From a virus (Duplodnaviria; Caudoviricetes), in IMG/VR virus record IMGVR_UViG_2687453683_000002, positions 1-64,000 of that record: a stretch of DNA of 64,000 nucleotides. One strand, written 5' to 3'. Below, in pieces: positions 29,243-38,370 of this stretch. How positions within the stretch are numbered: the stretch's first letter is position 1; every line of letters starts with the position of its first letter. The notes below the pieces were generated by a model. The model was given only the letters and a program-made list of their open reading frames with translations. It was not told where the DNA came from and did not search any database. Position numbers and translations under genes: made by a program.

Positions 29243-32200
29243 TTACATAATGAAGCAATATCCGTAGTCAGCAACTACATCAATTGTGGATTCAAGGTCG
29301 TTACGGTACAATACATAAAGTTTCGATGGGACTGTACGGAATTGCCATGTCTCAATGAAGGAAGGGAGGTCTGATTTATCGCTCCGTCTTGCTAAGATTC
29401 TACCGTTGAGGTCTTTGTCAGCACTTCTTCTGATAGTAATTGTAGCCTTCAGGTCAGCCTTTTCAGTCCTCTTTACGGTGATTGTACAATCTAGTAAGTC
29501 ACTCTTTTCCAAGACTTCAAGACGCATAGGGATTTCAGAGAAACCACTTCTGCGTACAGTGATTTTGGAATTAAGGACCTTCCACTGGATAGTGTTGATG
29601 CTACCTCCAATGTCACTGTTGTCTCTTCTCCGTACCGTAATCTTGCAGGTCTTTTCGGACATGCTTAAACGCCTTACGGCTAGTTGCGAGTTCAGGTCAG
29701 AACTGAAGAGAACGTAAATGCTGGAATCATGGTCAGCATCAGCAACAGGAATAATGAATACCTTGCCTGTCATTTTATTTAATGCAGGTACACCTAACGT
29801 AGTCGGCAGGTCTTCGCTCTTTCTGTAGACGATGCTTGCGTTCGCAGGAAGGTCACTCTTCCCTTTAGCCCGTACTTTCAGGCTAGAAGGAATGTTGTAC
29901 TCAGCGTTCAGTACAATTTGGATGCTTCCCACGATATCAGATGCAGGTGAGATTTCAATACTTCCGTCAAGGTCGGTCTGTCCAACAGGGATGAAGTCAA
30001 CGTGACCTGTCATCGTGTTGTCGAATCGTACACCAATTCTCGAAGGGATCGTATATCTCATTACAGGGACAATGACGGACACTAGGTCACTAACTCCGTG
30101 TCTAACGACCGTCAGGCTACCGCCCAGATCGTGGTCTGCCCAATTCCTTACTCCGATAGTTCCGACGAACTGTGACCATTCTTGTACTTGCAGAGTAGTT
30201 GGAATCTCAGAGATGAAACGATTCTTTACTCCGATTGTACCTTTCAGGTCTTTGTTTCCGTAAGCAGGTACGGCGATTACCGAAGCCAAGTTACCCGATA
30301 TTACTTGAATGCTCGAAGGAATCATGCTTGCCCCTACTACATCTAGGGTCGCAACGATTTCATTCATGTACTTAACGAATATCTTAGAACCTAAGTCTTT
30401 GCTATCCTTGAACATTACGTTAATGGTTGACCGTAGGTCTTTGTTAAGCACTACGTTAACTACGCCCGCAAGTTCAGGTCTGCTTACAATCAAGCCGCCG
30501 CCAAGGGATTGCTCTGCATCGACTTTGACCTTAACAATAGAAGTAACGTCTGAGCGGTCAGTGACTTTAATGCTTGACTGAAGTACGTCCCTACTTACCG
30601 TAATACTCGACGCTAGTTCACCTTGACCGAATGCGTTGACCGTAATAGAAGCGTCAATGTCGGCAGGGAGAGTAACTTCAAGGCTAGAAGGTAAATCAGG
30701 TCTGCTTACTTCGAGAGTCACAGGCAGGAACTCGAACCAAGTCGGATTGACAGTTAGTTTCGATGGCAGTACTTCCGCATTGGATACGTAAAGCGTACTG
30801 CCCAAGCTGTAACCTACTACGACGAGCGCAGAAGGGATTTCAGCTTGCCCTACACCCATTACCATTACTTCAGAGTAAATGTCTCTGTTGACCCCTACGT
30901 TGACCGTAACGCTTCCGTCTATGCCCTCTTCCACGTTGTGACGAACTGTGATGCTGGAAGGCAGGTCACCATTCTCAGAAGGTTTGGCTGTTATCGAGCC
31001 GCCCAAGTTCGGTCTGGAAACCGTTACCTGAGTGGTTAAGTCTTCAGCATTCTCCCCACGAACCGTAAAGCGCAATTCGATATCGTTGTGCGGGAGGACA
31101 GTCAGGGATGCAGGTCTCTCTTTTACATTGACTACCAGCCAAGAGAAGAAGTCTTGCTCCGTCCAAACTTTTACGCCGACCGTCGAAGGAAGGTCTACTC
31201 TGTTTTTAACGTAGAAGCTGATTGGTAGGTCAGGCTTGCTTACTGACATTCTGCCGTCAACCTTACTAAGAGACTTGTTAGATACTCCCAAGCTAGACGG
31301 GATATCAAGTTGGTCACGGTACATGGCAGTGATACTCGAAAGCATATCAGGTCTGCTCACGTTAGCTACGCCTGTAAACTCATTGTTACGAGTTACCTCA
31401 AGGGATGCAGGAATGCCTACTTCCAACCAAGCTGGTTTTCTAACTCTAATCCTAGACGACAAGTTCTTACGGGAAGGTACTCGAACGCTAGAGTCGATAT
31501 TAGAACGTCCAAAACTCCATACAGCAGGGTCAAAGTATGTGACCACTAACTGAGGGGCTAGGCTTGCTTCTTTGGAGAAGAAGTACTCGTAGTTAGGTTC
31601 GGATTCTTCAGCCGCCACCAAGTAGAAGTCAACTAAGTTGTTTACTACTGTATACTGCTGTTCAATGAAGTCTGTCACATCGAATGTTACGTGTCCGTCT
31701 ACAGTGTTTACCGTGTAGGAGTTGGAGATTTCAGTCCCAATGTTCGGACGGTTGTCCCATGTCACGCCTGTTTCCGACCAGCTTCCGTCTACTGCGAACA
31801 GCTTCAGATTCTTAGTCGGTACTTGACCGTAAACCATACGGAGTTCAACCTTGTCGATATCATAGCTTGCTTTCAGGCTAGAGATATCAAATCCTAACAG
31901 GGAGCGAAGCACCTTGTCCTTGTAACTACCTACTGCGAAAGTTGTCTCTTCACCGTAGTTGAGAGTCGGAACGTCTTCCCTTACATAAGCGTCTTTGACA
32001 GTATCCAGAATAACCTCTTCACGGATTGGTAAAGTGATATCCACAATACCTGTCATTTTGTTCGTAGATGTGACTCCCATGATACTAAGGAGGTCTCTAG
32101 CCCCGCCCTTCGCTACGTCGATTTCGGATTCGAGGTCGCTGTGAACACGAATCTTAGCAAGGATTTTAGAAGGGATTTCGCTTTGTGCAGGGTACATGAC

Positions 32201-35200
32201 TTTGATTTTACTGTTCAGGTCTGTGCGACTTGGGACAATAAAGCTACCCGCTAGGTCATCGTGCCACAAAATGAACATGCTAGAATCAATACCGGACTGT
32301 GCTTCTCTACGGACGGAGATTCTACCGTTCAGGTTTCTTACAATCCAAACATTGACCTTACCTGTCAGTTCTTCTTTTTCGGTTCTCTTTACCGTAATCT
32401 TAGATTCTATGGACTTTTCAAAGAACTGGCGTACTGTAATACTTCCGTCAATCGTGTCGTATTGGACAACTTCGATGGCAGAGTCAACGTCACTTGCCAT
32501 ACGCACCCTAACGGTAAACTCACCGTCAATATCGACGTTCCCGTAGGCAGGGACTTCAATCCTGCTAAACAGGTATCCAGAGTTTACTTGAATGCTGGAC
32601 GGCAACATACTTGCCCCTACAATGTCCATCTCACCCAAGATGTCTTTTCTGAACGGTACGATGATTTTGGATTTAAGTTCTTTAATAACGGTACGTCTGA
32701 CTGTGATACTTCCTGTGATATCGCTGTGGATAATCGGGAAGATTAACCCTTTCAAGTCAGGTCTGGATACTGCCGCCTGTCCTGTTAGTTCACTTCTGTC
32801 AGCCCGTCTTGCTGTAACTGTGCCATCCAAATCACTGCGGAATCTGACGTAAACTGAAGAGTTAAGGTCAGGTCTGGATACCGTCAGGCTAGATTCCTTT
32901 GTGCTGTCGTTCGTGTGCCTTACAGAGATGCTACCCTTGTAGTCGATGTAAGGGTTGACCTCAATCGTGCCGAGTAACTGGTACTGGTTGGCAACGATGC
33001 TTGAAACAATGTCAGTGTCTTCGCCGCCCCTTGCAATCATCACAGAGTCTAGGTCACTACGATTCAGGACTTCAATCGTACCAAGTTTATTACGCTCACT
33101 TACAATGAACTGCGCTGTCAGGTCTTCGTCCACTGTACGCACTACCTTGATTGTACCAACTTTGTCGATGTACGGTCTTACGTAGACGGTGGCAGGACGC
33201 TCTTTAACGGTTACAATTGCCCACCCGTAAAGGTTGTCGTCACCCCATACTCGAACACCTAGCTTCGACGGAGTGTCTTTTCTGTTGGCTACGTAAAGAG
33301 TCTGTTTCAGGTTTGGTCTGGATACCGTAATACTACAGTTCTCAAGGTCGTTCAGTTCTGCTTCTCGTACCGCCACTTTGGAAGTAAGGTCGCTCCAAGT
33401 CCCTCCTCTGACGATACCTTTACCTTGCAGGTTTGGTCTGGAAATCATCAAACGGGAAGGAAGGTTCTCGAACCGATTGCCTGAAGGTGTGACCGTTATT
33501 TTCGAGGACATGTCGTTCTTATCGGATTTCTTGAACACATTAATTTTGGACGACCAATCCTTTGTACGTGGGTACATTACCAAGATGCTTGTATCAATTC
33601 CAGAACGTCCAGTGCTTCGGATTACTTCATCAAAGTAAGTGTATTCGATGGACGGTGCTAAAGATACACCTGCGTCCATTGAGAAGAACTGAGACGATTC
33701 GTCAGCTTCGTTTACCGCCCGAACGTAGAAGTCTACGATGTTTTTACCTTCAAGCTTAGCTTTCAGGATGTATTCGGTGATATCGAAGGTGATGAAACCT
33801 TTCTCAACGTCTGCTGTAAAGTCTCCTTGGCTTACTACATCGCCCGCATTGGGTTGGTTGTTCCAAGTTACTCCTAACTCTGCCCAATCACCTGTTACGG
33901 CTCTTAGTTCAAGTGGGTACGTTGGAGTACGCCCGATGGAATGCTTAAGCTTCAATGTGACTTTTTCAATCTTGTAGTCATTGGACATGCCCAAGATATT
34001 CGTGATATCAAAACCTACAAGGCTTCGGAATATCTCTGTACGAGCGGCACTGTACCCTGCGACCAACGTCTGTTCTCCGCCATAGTTCAGCTTAGGGTAC
34101 GTTTCACGAATAAATGCGTCTCGTTTCGCAGTTAGTGTGTCTGTAACTCTCGTAGGCTGTTGAATGTCTACGATTGCGGTCATCTTATTGGAAGGAGTTA
34201 CACCCAAGGTCATCGGAAGGTCAGAGACTTGCTTTACGTTCACCTCAGAGGTTACGTCACTATCCCCCGTTCCCCAAATGTCAGTTTGGCCTGTCATCGA
34301 GTTCCGTAAGCGTACACCAATTCTGCCGTCAATAGTGGACTCGCTGATACCCATTGCGAAAATACTGCCGCCAATTTCCTCTGTTCCCTGACCGAAGATA
34401 TCGACCGTGCCTTCCATTGAGTTCAACTCTCGAACGGCAATCTTAGATTTAAGGTAGCTGTCACTCATCCTCTTGATGCTTATTTTCGAGTCGAGGTCAG
34501 CTTCCCTCACACCCCATATAAACGACGTACCGTCCATGGTGTTGTTCTCAGTTACGGAAATCTTAGAAGGTAGATAGGAATGACTGGGCACGGCTAATAT
34601 ACTCTCTAGGTCACCATCCCTTACGCCCCATATAAACGATGTACCGTCCATGGTGTTATTCTCAGTTACGGAAATCTTAGAAGGTAGATAGGAATGACTA
34701 GGTACTGCTAATGTACTCTCCAGGCTAGAGCTTACGACAGGCTGTATAACCCCTGCTATCTCACTGCTACCGCTCTCACTGACTGTAAAAAAGGCACTAA
34801 ATTCATTCCGGTAAGGTACGTTAAGTGAAGACGTAACGTCGGATACCTGCTTGACGTTTATAAAACTTGCTAAGTTACTTACGGGGATTATACCTTCCCA
34901 TGTATCGCCACTCAAACCGCTACTATCCATTACATCAATAGTGATGGAATTAATAAGGGAAGTGTATTTATTCTCAGGTACAGTGTATGAAAAACTGTAA
35001 GGCGTTGTTTGCAGTTTGCTCCAATCCATTTCTACCACACCATTAACAGAAATCCTGTATTTGGAGTTACCATTAGCGGGGTCTGTTACTAAGCCACTTA
35101 CGTTACCTTCGTTGTCTGTTGTCGATGACACAGCAGGTGGGAGTTTCAGGAATGTAAGAACTGCCTTACCGCTAGCTAAGTTACTTCCTGTTGTTGATGT

Positions 35201-35926
35201 ACTGCCAAAAAGCGTAAGGTCAATGTAGTTCCGGCCACCTGCACCGCCACCTCCGCCACCGCCTGATGCGGCGTACCAGTCTCCGGGAGTAGCAGAAGCA
35301 CCGCCACCTCCACCTGCACCACCGCCGCCATCATAATCAGTCGCACCGCTGTTTCCAACCGAACCTGTACCGCCCTTGCCGTTGTAGTAGGATTCAGAAC
35401 CACCGATACCGCCAGAACCGCCACCATGAGGAAATACGCCACTTGCTCCGCCTGAACCTGCTAAACCTCTGTATGATATGCTACCGCCGACTCCGTTTGC
35501 CCCACCAGAGCCGGCATTACCTCCCGAGCCGCCAGTACCACCTGCTGCAGTTCCTCCATTGTGTCCTGCCGATCCTCCGTTACCTCCACGCCCGCCACCG
35601 CCACCTGCGGCAATTATGATGGAACTTCCTCTTTTGACATAAGTGCCGCCTGCTCCGTTAGTACCGCTACTCCCGGAACTAGAAGTACCGCCATTAGATT
35701 TACCCGAGCCGCCACTACCGCCGCTACCACCATTAGATTGACCGCCTACTGTAATAGCTAATACTTCACCTTTGGTGAGGTTTATTTCCCCTTTTACGTA
35801 GCCGCCGCTCCCGCCATTCGTACTACCTGCTCCGCTTAACTCTATTAGATAGCGTCCGCCATTAGGTACTGTCCAAGATGACGTAGAAGTGGACGTAAAA
35901 TTAAATTTATCACCGACGACTGCCAA
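29243..35926 (-). CDS. Giant fibre/adhesin: Gly-rich head, Ig-like domain, 12-14-aa beta repeats, two DNRLRE-like domains
   Basis: GGGGG-rich N-terminus; DAFIRE.YP.LNYG...W.E.GVTWNN.P twice; many (D/E)L.S.I.V repeats. Confidence 0.8.
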   Translation of the reverse strand: MAVVGDKFNFTSTSTSSWTVPNGGRYLIELSGAGSTNGGSGGYVKGEINLTKGEVLAITVGGQSNGGSGGSGGSGKSNGGTSSSGSSGTNGAGGTYVKRGSSIIIAAGGGGGRGGNGGSAGHNGGTAAGGTGGSGGNAGSGGANGVGGSISYRGLAGSGGASGVFPHGGGSGGIGGSESYYNGKGGTGSVGNSGATDYDGGGGAGGGGGASATPGDWYAASGGGGGGGAGGRNYIDLTLFGSTSTTGSNLASGKAVLTFLKLPPAVSSTTDNEGNVSGLVTDPANGNSKYRISVNGVVEMDWSKLQTTPYSFSYTVPENKYTSLINSITIDVMDSSGLSGDTWEGIIPVSNLASFINVKQVSDVTSSLNVPYRNEFSAFFTVSESGSSEIAGVIQPVVSSSLESTLAVPSHSYLPSKISVTENNTMDGTSFIWGVRDGDLESILAVPSHSYLPSKISVTENNTMDGTSFIWGVREADLDSKISIKRMSDSYLKSKIAVRELNSMEGTVDIFGQGTEEIGGSIFAMGISESTIDGRIGVRLRNSMTGQTDIWGTGDSDVTSEVNVKQVSDLPMTLGVTPSNKMTAIVDIQQPTRVTDTLTAKRDAFIRETYPKLNYGGEQTLVAGYSAARTEIFRSLVGFDITNILGMSNDYKIEKVTLKLKHSIGRTPTYPLELRAVTGDWAELGVTWNNQPNAGDVVSQGDFTADVEKGFITFDITEYILKAKLEGKNIVDFYVRAVNEADESSQFFSMDAGVSLAPSIEYTYFDEVIRSTGRSGIDTSILVMYPRTKDWSSKINVFKKSDKNDMSSKITVTPSGNRFENLPSRLMISRPNLQGKGIVRGGTWSDLTSKVAVREAELNDLENCSITVSRPNLKQTLYVANRKDTPSKLGVRVWGDDNLYGWAIVTVKERPATVYVRPYIDKVGTIKVVRTVDEDLTAQFIVSERNKLGTIEVLNRSDLDSVMIARGGEDTDIVSSIVANQYQLLGTIEVNPYIDYKGSISVRHTNDSTKESSLTVSRPDLNSSVYVRFRSDLDGTVTARRADRSELTGQAAVSRPDLKGLIFPIIHSDITGSITVRRTVIKELKSKIIVPFRKDILGEMDIVGASMLPSSIQVNSGYLFSRIEVPAYGNVDIDGEFTVRVRMASDVDSAIEVVQYDTIDGSITVRQFFEKSIESKITVKRTEKEELTGKVNVWIVRNLNGRISVRREAQSGIDSSMFILWHDDLAGSFIVPSRTDLNSKIKVMYPAQSEIPSKILAKIRVHSDLESEIDVAKGGARDLLSIMGVTSTNKMTGIVDITLPIREEVILDTVKDAYVREDVPTLNYGEETTFAVGSYKDKVLRSLLGFDISSLKASYDIDKVELRMVYGQVPTKNLKLFAVDGSWSETGVTWDNRPNIGTEISNSYTVNTVDGHVTFDVTDFIEQQYTVVNNLVDFYLVAAEESEPNYEYFFSKEASLAPQLVVTYFDPAVWSFGRSNIDSSVRVPSRKNLSSRIRVRKPAWLEVGIPASLEVTRNNEFTGVANVSRPDMLSSITAMYRDQLDIPSSLGVSNKSLSKVDGRMSVSKPDLPISFYVKNRVDLPSTVGVKVWTEQDFFSWLVVNVKERPASLTVLPHNDIELRFTVRGENAEDLTTQVTVSRPNLGGSITAKPSENGDLPSSITVRHNVEEGIDGSVTVNVGVNRDIYSEVMVMGVGQAEIPSALVVVGYSLGSTLYVSNAEVLPSKLTVNPTWFEFLPVTLEVSRPDLPSSLEVTLPADIDASITVNAFGQGELASSITVSRDVLQSSIKVTDRSDVTSIVKVKVDAEQSLGGGLIVSRPELAGVVNVVLNKDLRSTINVMFKDSKDLGSKIFVKYMNEIVATLDVVGASMIPSSIQVISGNLASVIAVPAYGNKDLKGTIGVKNRFISEIPTTLQVQEWSQFVGTIGVRNWADHDLGGSLTVVRHGVSDLVSVIVPVMRYTIPSRIGVRFDNTMTGHVDFIPVGQTDLDGSIEISPASDIVGSIQIVLNAEYNIPSSLKVRAKGKSDLPANASIVYRKSEDLPTTLGVPALNKMTGKVFIIPVADADHDSSIYVLFSSDLNSQLAVRRLSMSEKTCKITVRRRDNSDIGGSINTIQWKVLNSKITVRRSGFSEIPMRLEVLEKSDLLDCTITVKRTEKADLKATITIRRSADKDLNGRILARRSDKSDLPSFIETWQFRTVPSKLYVLYRNDLESTIDVVADYGYCFIM
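34494..34721. repeat. Tandem 114-bp (38-aa) duplication in the 2227-aa gene
   Basis: LES(T/I)LAVPSHSYLPSKISVTENNTMDGTSFIWGVR twice, offset 114 bp. Confidence 0.85.
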
Positions 35927-35943
35927 ATTTTATCACATCCGTT

Positions 35944-35982
35944 CCCATTGTATTGAGAAGTTACCTGCCCATTGTATTGAGA
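35944..35982. repeat. 15-bp direct repeat CCCATTGTATTGAGA x2 in a gene leader
   Basis: 35944-35958 and 35968-35982. Confidence 0.8.
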
Positions 35983-36002
35983 CATAGAAAAGCCCTTACC
36001 AC

Positions 36003-36032
36003 CAATATAAGATAGTAAGGGCTATTCCTAGC
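36003..36032 (-). promoter_or_regulatory. Class B phage promoter (GCTA-N17-CTTATATTG)
   Basis: Matches the motif; overlaps a terminator hairpin. Confidence 0.65.
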
Positions 36033-38346
36033 TTTTTCTTGGGTCAGCTTTGACTAGGATATCGAACATACCGCCCCACATCGCCTGTCGATTAGTCGCT
36101 ATGCGAACATAGAAACTAATCTTTGCATTGTGGTCTAATTGCTCTACGTAGACAAGCTGAGGACGTGGCTCGAAGGGAGCATCTAGCTTACTCACTTCGG
36201 CCTTGGCATTGATTCCATCGAGTTCTCTTTGGTCAACCCACAGCCTGACATTCTCTACAGGGTAGCCTAGAGTGTTCTTTACGAATACCCTCTCTGCCGC
36301 TGTCGTCTGCCCCGCCACCATAGTCCCGAAGTCAAGGTACTTTAGCACATCTCCGAAGTCGTCTGAATAGAACGACTCTGCCGCATCGCAGAACAACAGC
36401 CCTGAATACACACCCATGAAGATCATATCCCTCGAATTCGAGCCGCCCAATTCATCCAACGTTTCAATGCGGACAGTGTTGTTCTTGCCCTTATTTACTT
36501 TCGTTTTCGGGATGACGTACTGGATTGTCAATGGTACAGGATTGTAGCCCGTGTATCCATTCTCAGGGTAAAGCTGTGCTCCGTTCAGGAGGATTCGATA
36601 CTGCACCTTATCTGAGTCGGGATCTGTGACCTGAGCGTTGATAAAGTTACCAAGAACTGTGCCTGTGATTGTAGGTGCAGTGTTTGTCTTGATGATTATC
36701 TGCGTCCACGTGGTTAGTGAGCCTAAGTCGTCCTGCACTTCAATCTTGAGAGTGTTCGCCCCCACGTTGAAGTCTGCGTTGTTGATTACTAGCCCAATGT
36801 CAACAGGTGGAGGGGTTAGTTCTGTGAATCCTGTAATCGGATACTTCTGTATGTTATTCAGTAGCACACGGTACTGTACTCTATCCCCTTCAGGGTCGGA
36901 TACTGTACCGCCAATCATGACGTTATCTTTGTGAATCTGAGCCGCAGATAATTCAGGAGAAGCTACAGGGGCAACATTAGTCTTCGTTGTAGTCCAAGCA
37001 ATGGAGTCTGTAAGCCCTTGTGAGTCCTGCACCTCTAACATTACCATGTTACTTCCGAGATTAAAGTACGTATGCGATAAATCCTTAGTAAGAATGAAGT
37101 CCGTCAACTGCGAAGAAGTCCATCCAGATGAAGGGAATCTCTGTGTACCGTTAACCAAAACCCGATACGACACCAGGTCATTGGCTATATGTCCGATGGT
37201 AGTAACAAGCTGACAGTCTTCCTTATGAAATGACGGTGTGATACTTGAGTCTGAGAAAGTGAATGAAACCTCACCGCCGCCCATAAGCCTACGAACGTCA
37301 CTAGCTACATTCTGCCAAGCCACTACACCTGTGCTACTGTTGTTGTTCGTAGCAGTTCCCAACATACCGTAATAGTTGTACCCTACGCCCCTTACTTTAC
37401 CATCGTTGTCCAGTACAAGAGTATAGTAGTAACCCATAGCTACTTGCCTAACGTTGGTTGTGGCAAGCCTTGGAGTGTAGTTTATACTTCCAGATACATA
37501 CCCCATCCCTAACTGCGCATAGTCATCGTTTCCGAATGTGTACAGCTTTGAATCGTTTGTTATCACGCCTGAGAAGTAGCCGCCGCAGACGACAGAGCGG
37601 CAGTTATCCATAATCTTGTGCGGAACTCCATAGAAGTTGTTTGTACCATTTCCTAGACTTCTACCTGTCTGCCCGTGGTAGTTATACCCCGTACCCCACA
37701 CAGAACCGTCAGTTTTCAGGAATAGCGAGTGGTATATGCCGCCATCTGCCTGTCGAACGTCATCCATTACAAATGTGAACGAAAGCTTATTGCTTGAGTT
37801 ATTAATCCCCAAACCACCGTACCCATTGTACCCTGTTGCGTATAGCTTATTTTGTTGGTTTATGATAAACGAGTGGGTGTATCCTGCCCCTACCCTCCGA
37901 ATACCCGTTGCGACCTTCTGAGGGGTGTATGTGTCTGAAGTACCACCATTGCCTAACTCCCCGTGAGCGTTGTACCCGAATGTGTGTACATCACCGTTGT
38001 TCTTTAGGGCAACGGTGTGCAGGTAGCCACAAGCGACTTCTTTAACATCTGACATGACCTTTACAGGCGTATAATTAGAGTTATTGTTCCTCCAACCTCT
38101 GGCATCCCCTAACTGCCCATAGTAACCGTATCCGAACGTATACAAGTCGCCGTTCATTAGAAGTACTGCTGTATGGTAGTACCCTTCAGCGACCATCTTC
38201 ACGTTGGACAGTGAAGTTAATCTTGTCTGCGTAGGGTAGACGGAAGAACTACTGAATCCTAGCTGACCGTGGCTGTTATACCCGAAGGTATAAACATCAC
38301 CGTTGTTCTTGATATACGATGAATGGAAAGCCGACTGTGTACTCAT
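36028..38346 (-). CDS. Adhesin: RCC1-repeat propeller + Ig-like repeats + conserved C-terminal domain
   Basis: Repeated G.VYTFGYN.HGQLG and VA.GY.HT motifs. Confidence 0.85.
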   Translation of the reverse strand: MSTQSAFHSSYIKNNGDVYTFGYNSHGQLGFSSSSVYPTQTRLTSLSNVKMVAEGYYHTAVLLMNGDLYTFGYGYYGQLGDARGWRNNNSNYTPVKVMSDVKEVACGYLHTVALKNNGDVHTFGYNAHGELGNGGTSDTYTPQKVATGIRRVGAGYTHSFIINQQNKLYATGYNGYGGLGINNSSNKLSFTFVMDDVRQADGGIYHSLFLKTDGSVWGTGYNYHGQTGRSLGNGTNNFYGVPHKIMDNCRSVVCGGYFSGVITNDSKLYTFGNDDYAQLGMGYVSGSINYTPRLATTNVRQVAMGYYYTLVLDNDGKVRGVGYNYYGMLGTATNNNSSTGVVAWQNVASDVRRLMGGGEVSFTFSDSSITPSFHKEDCQLVTTIGHIANDLVSYRVLVNGTQRFPSSGWTSSQLTDFILTKDLSHTYFNLGSNMVMLEVQDSQGLTDSIAWTTTKTNVAPVASPELSAAQIHKDNVMIGGTVSDPEGDRVQYRVLLNNIQKYPITGFTELTPPPVDIGLVINNADFNVGANTLKIEVQDDLGSLTTWTQIIIKTNTAPTITGTVLGNFINAQVTDPDSDKVQYRILLNGAQLYPENGYTGYNPVPLTIQYVIPKTKVNKGKNNTVRIETLDELGGSNSRDMIFMGVYSGLLFCDAAESFYSDDFGDVLKYLDFGTMVAGQTTAAERVFVKNTLGYPVENVRLWVDQRELDGINAKAEVSKLDAPFEPRPQLVYVEQLDHNAKISFYVRIATNRQAMWGGMFDILVKADPRKS

Positions 38347-38370
38347 TATTTAACCTCCCATGACTTCCTA

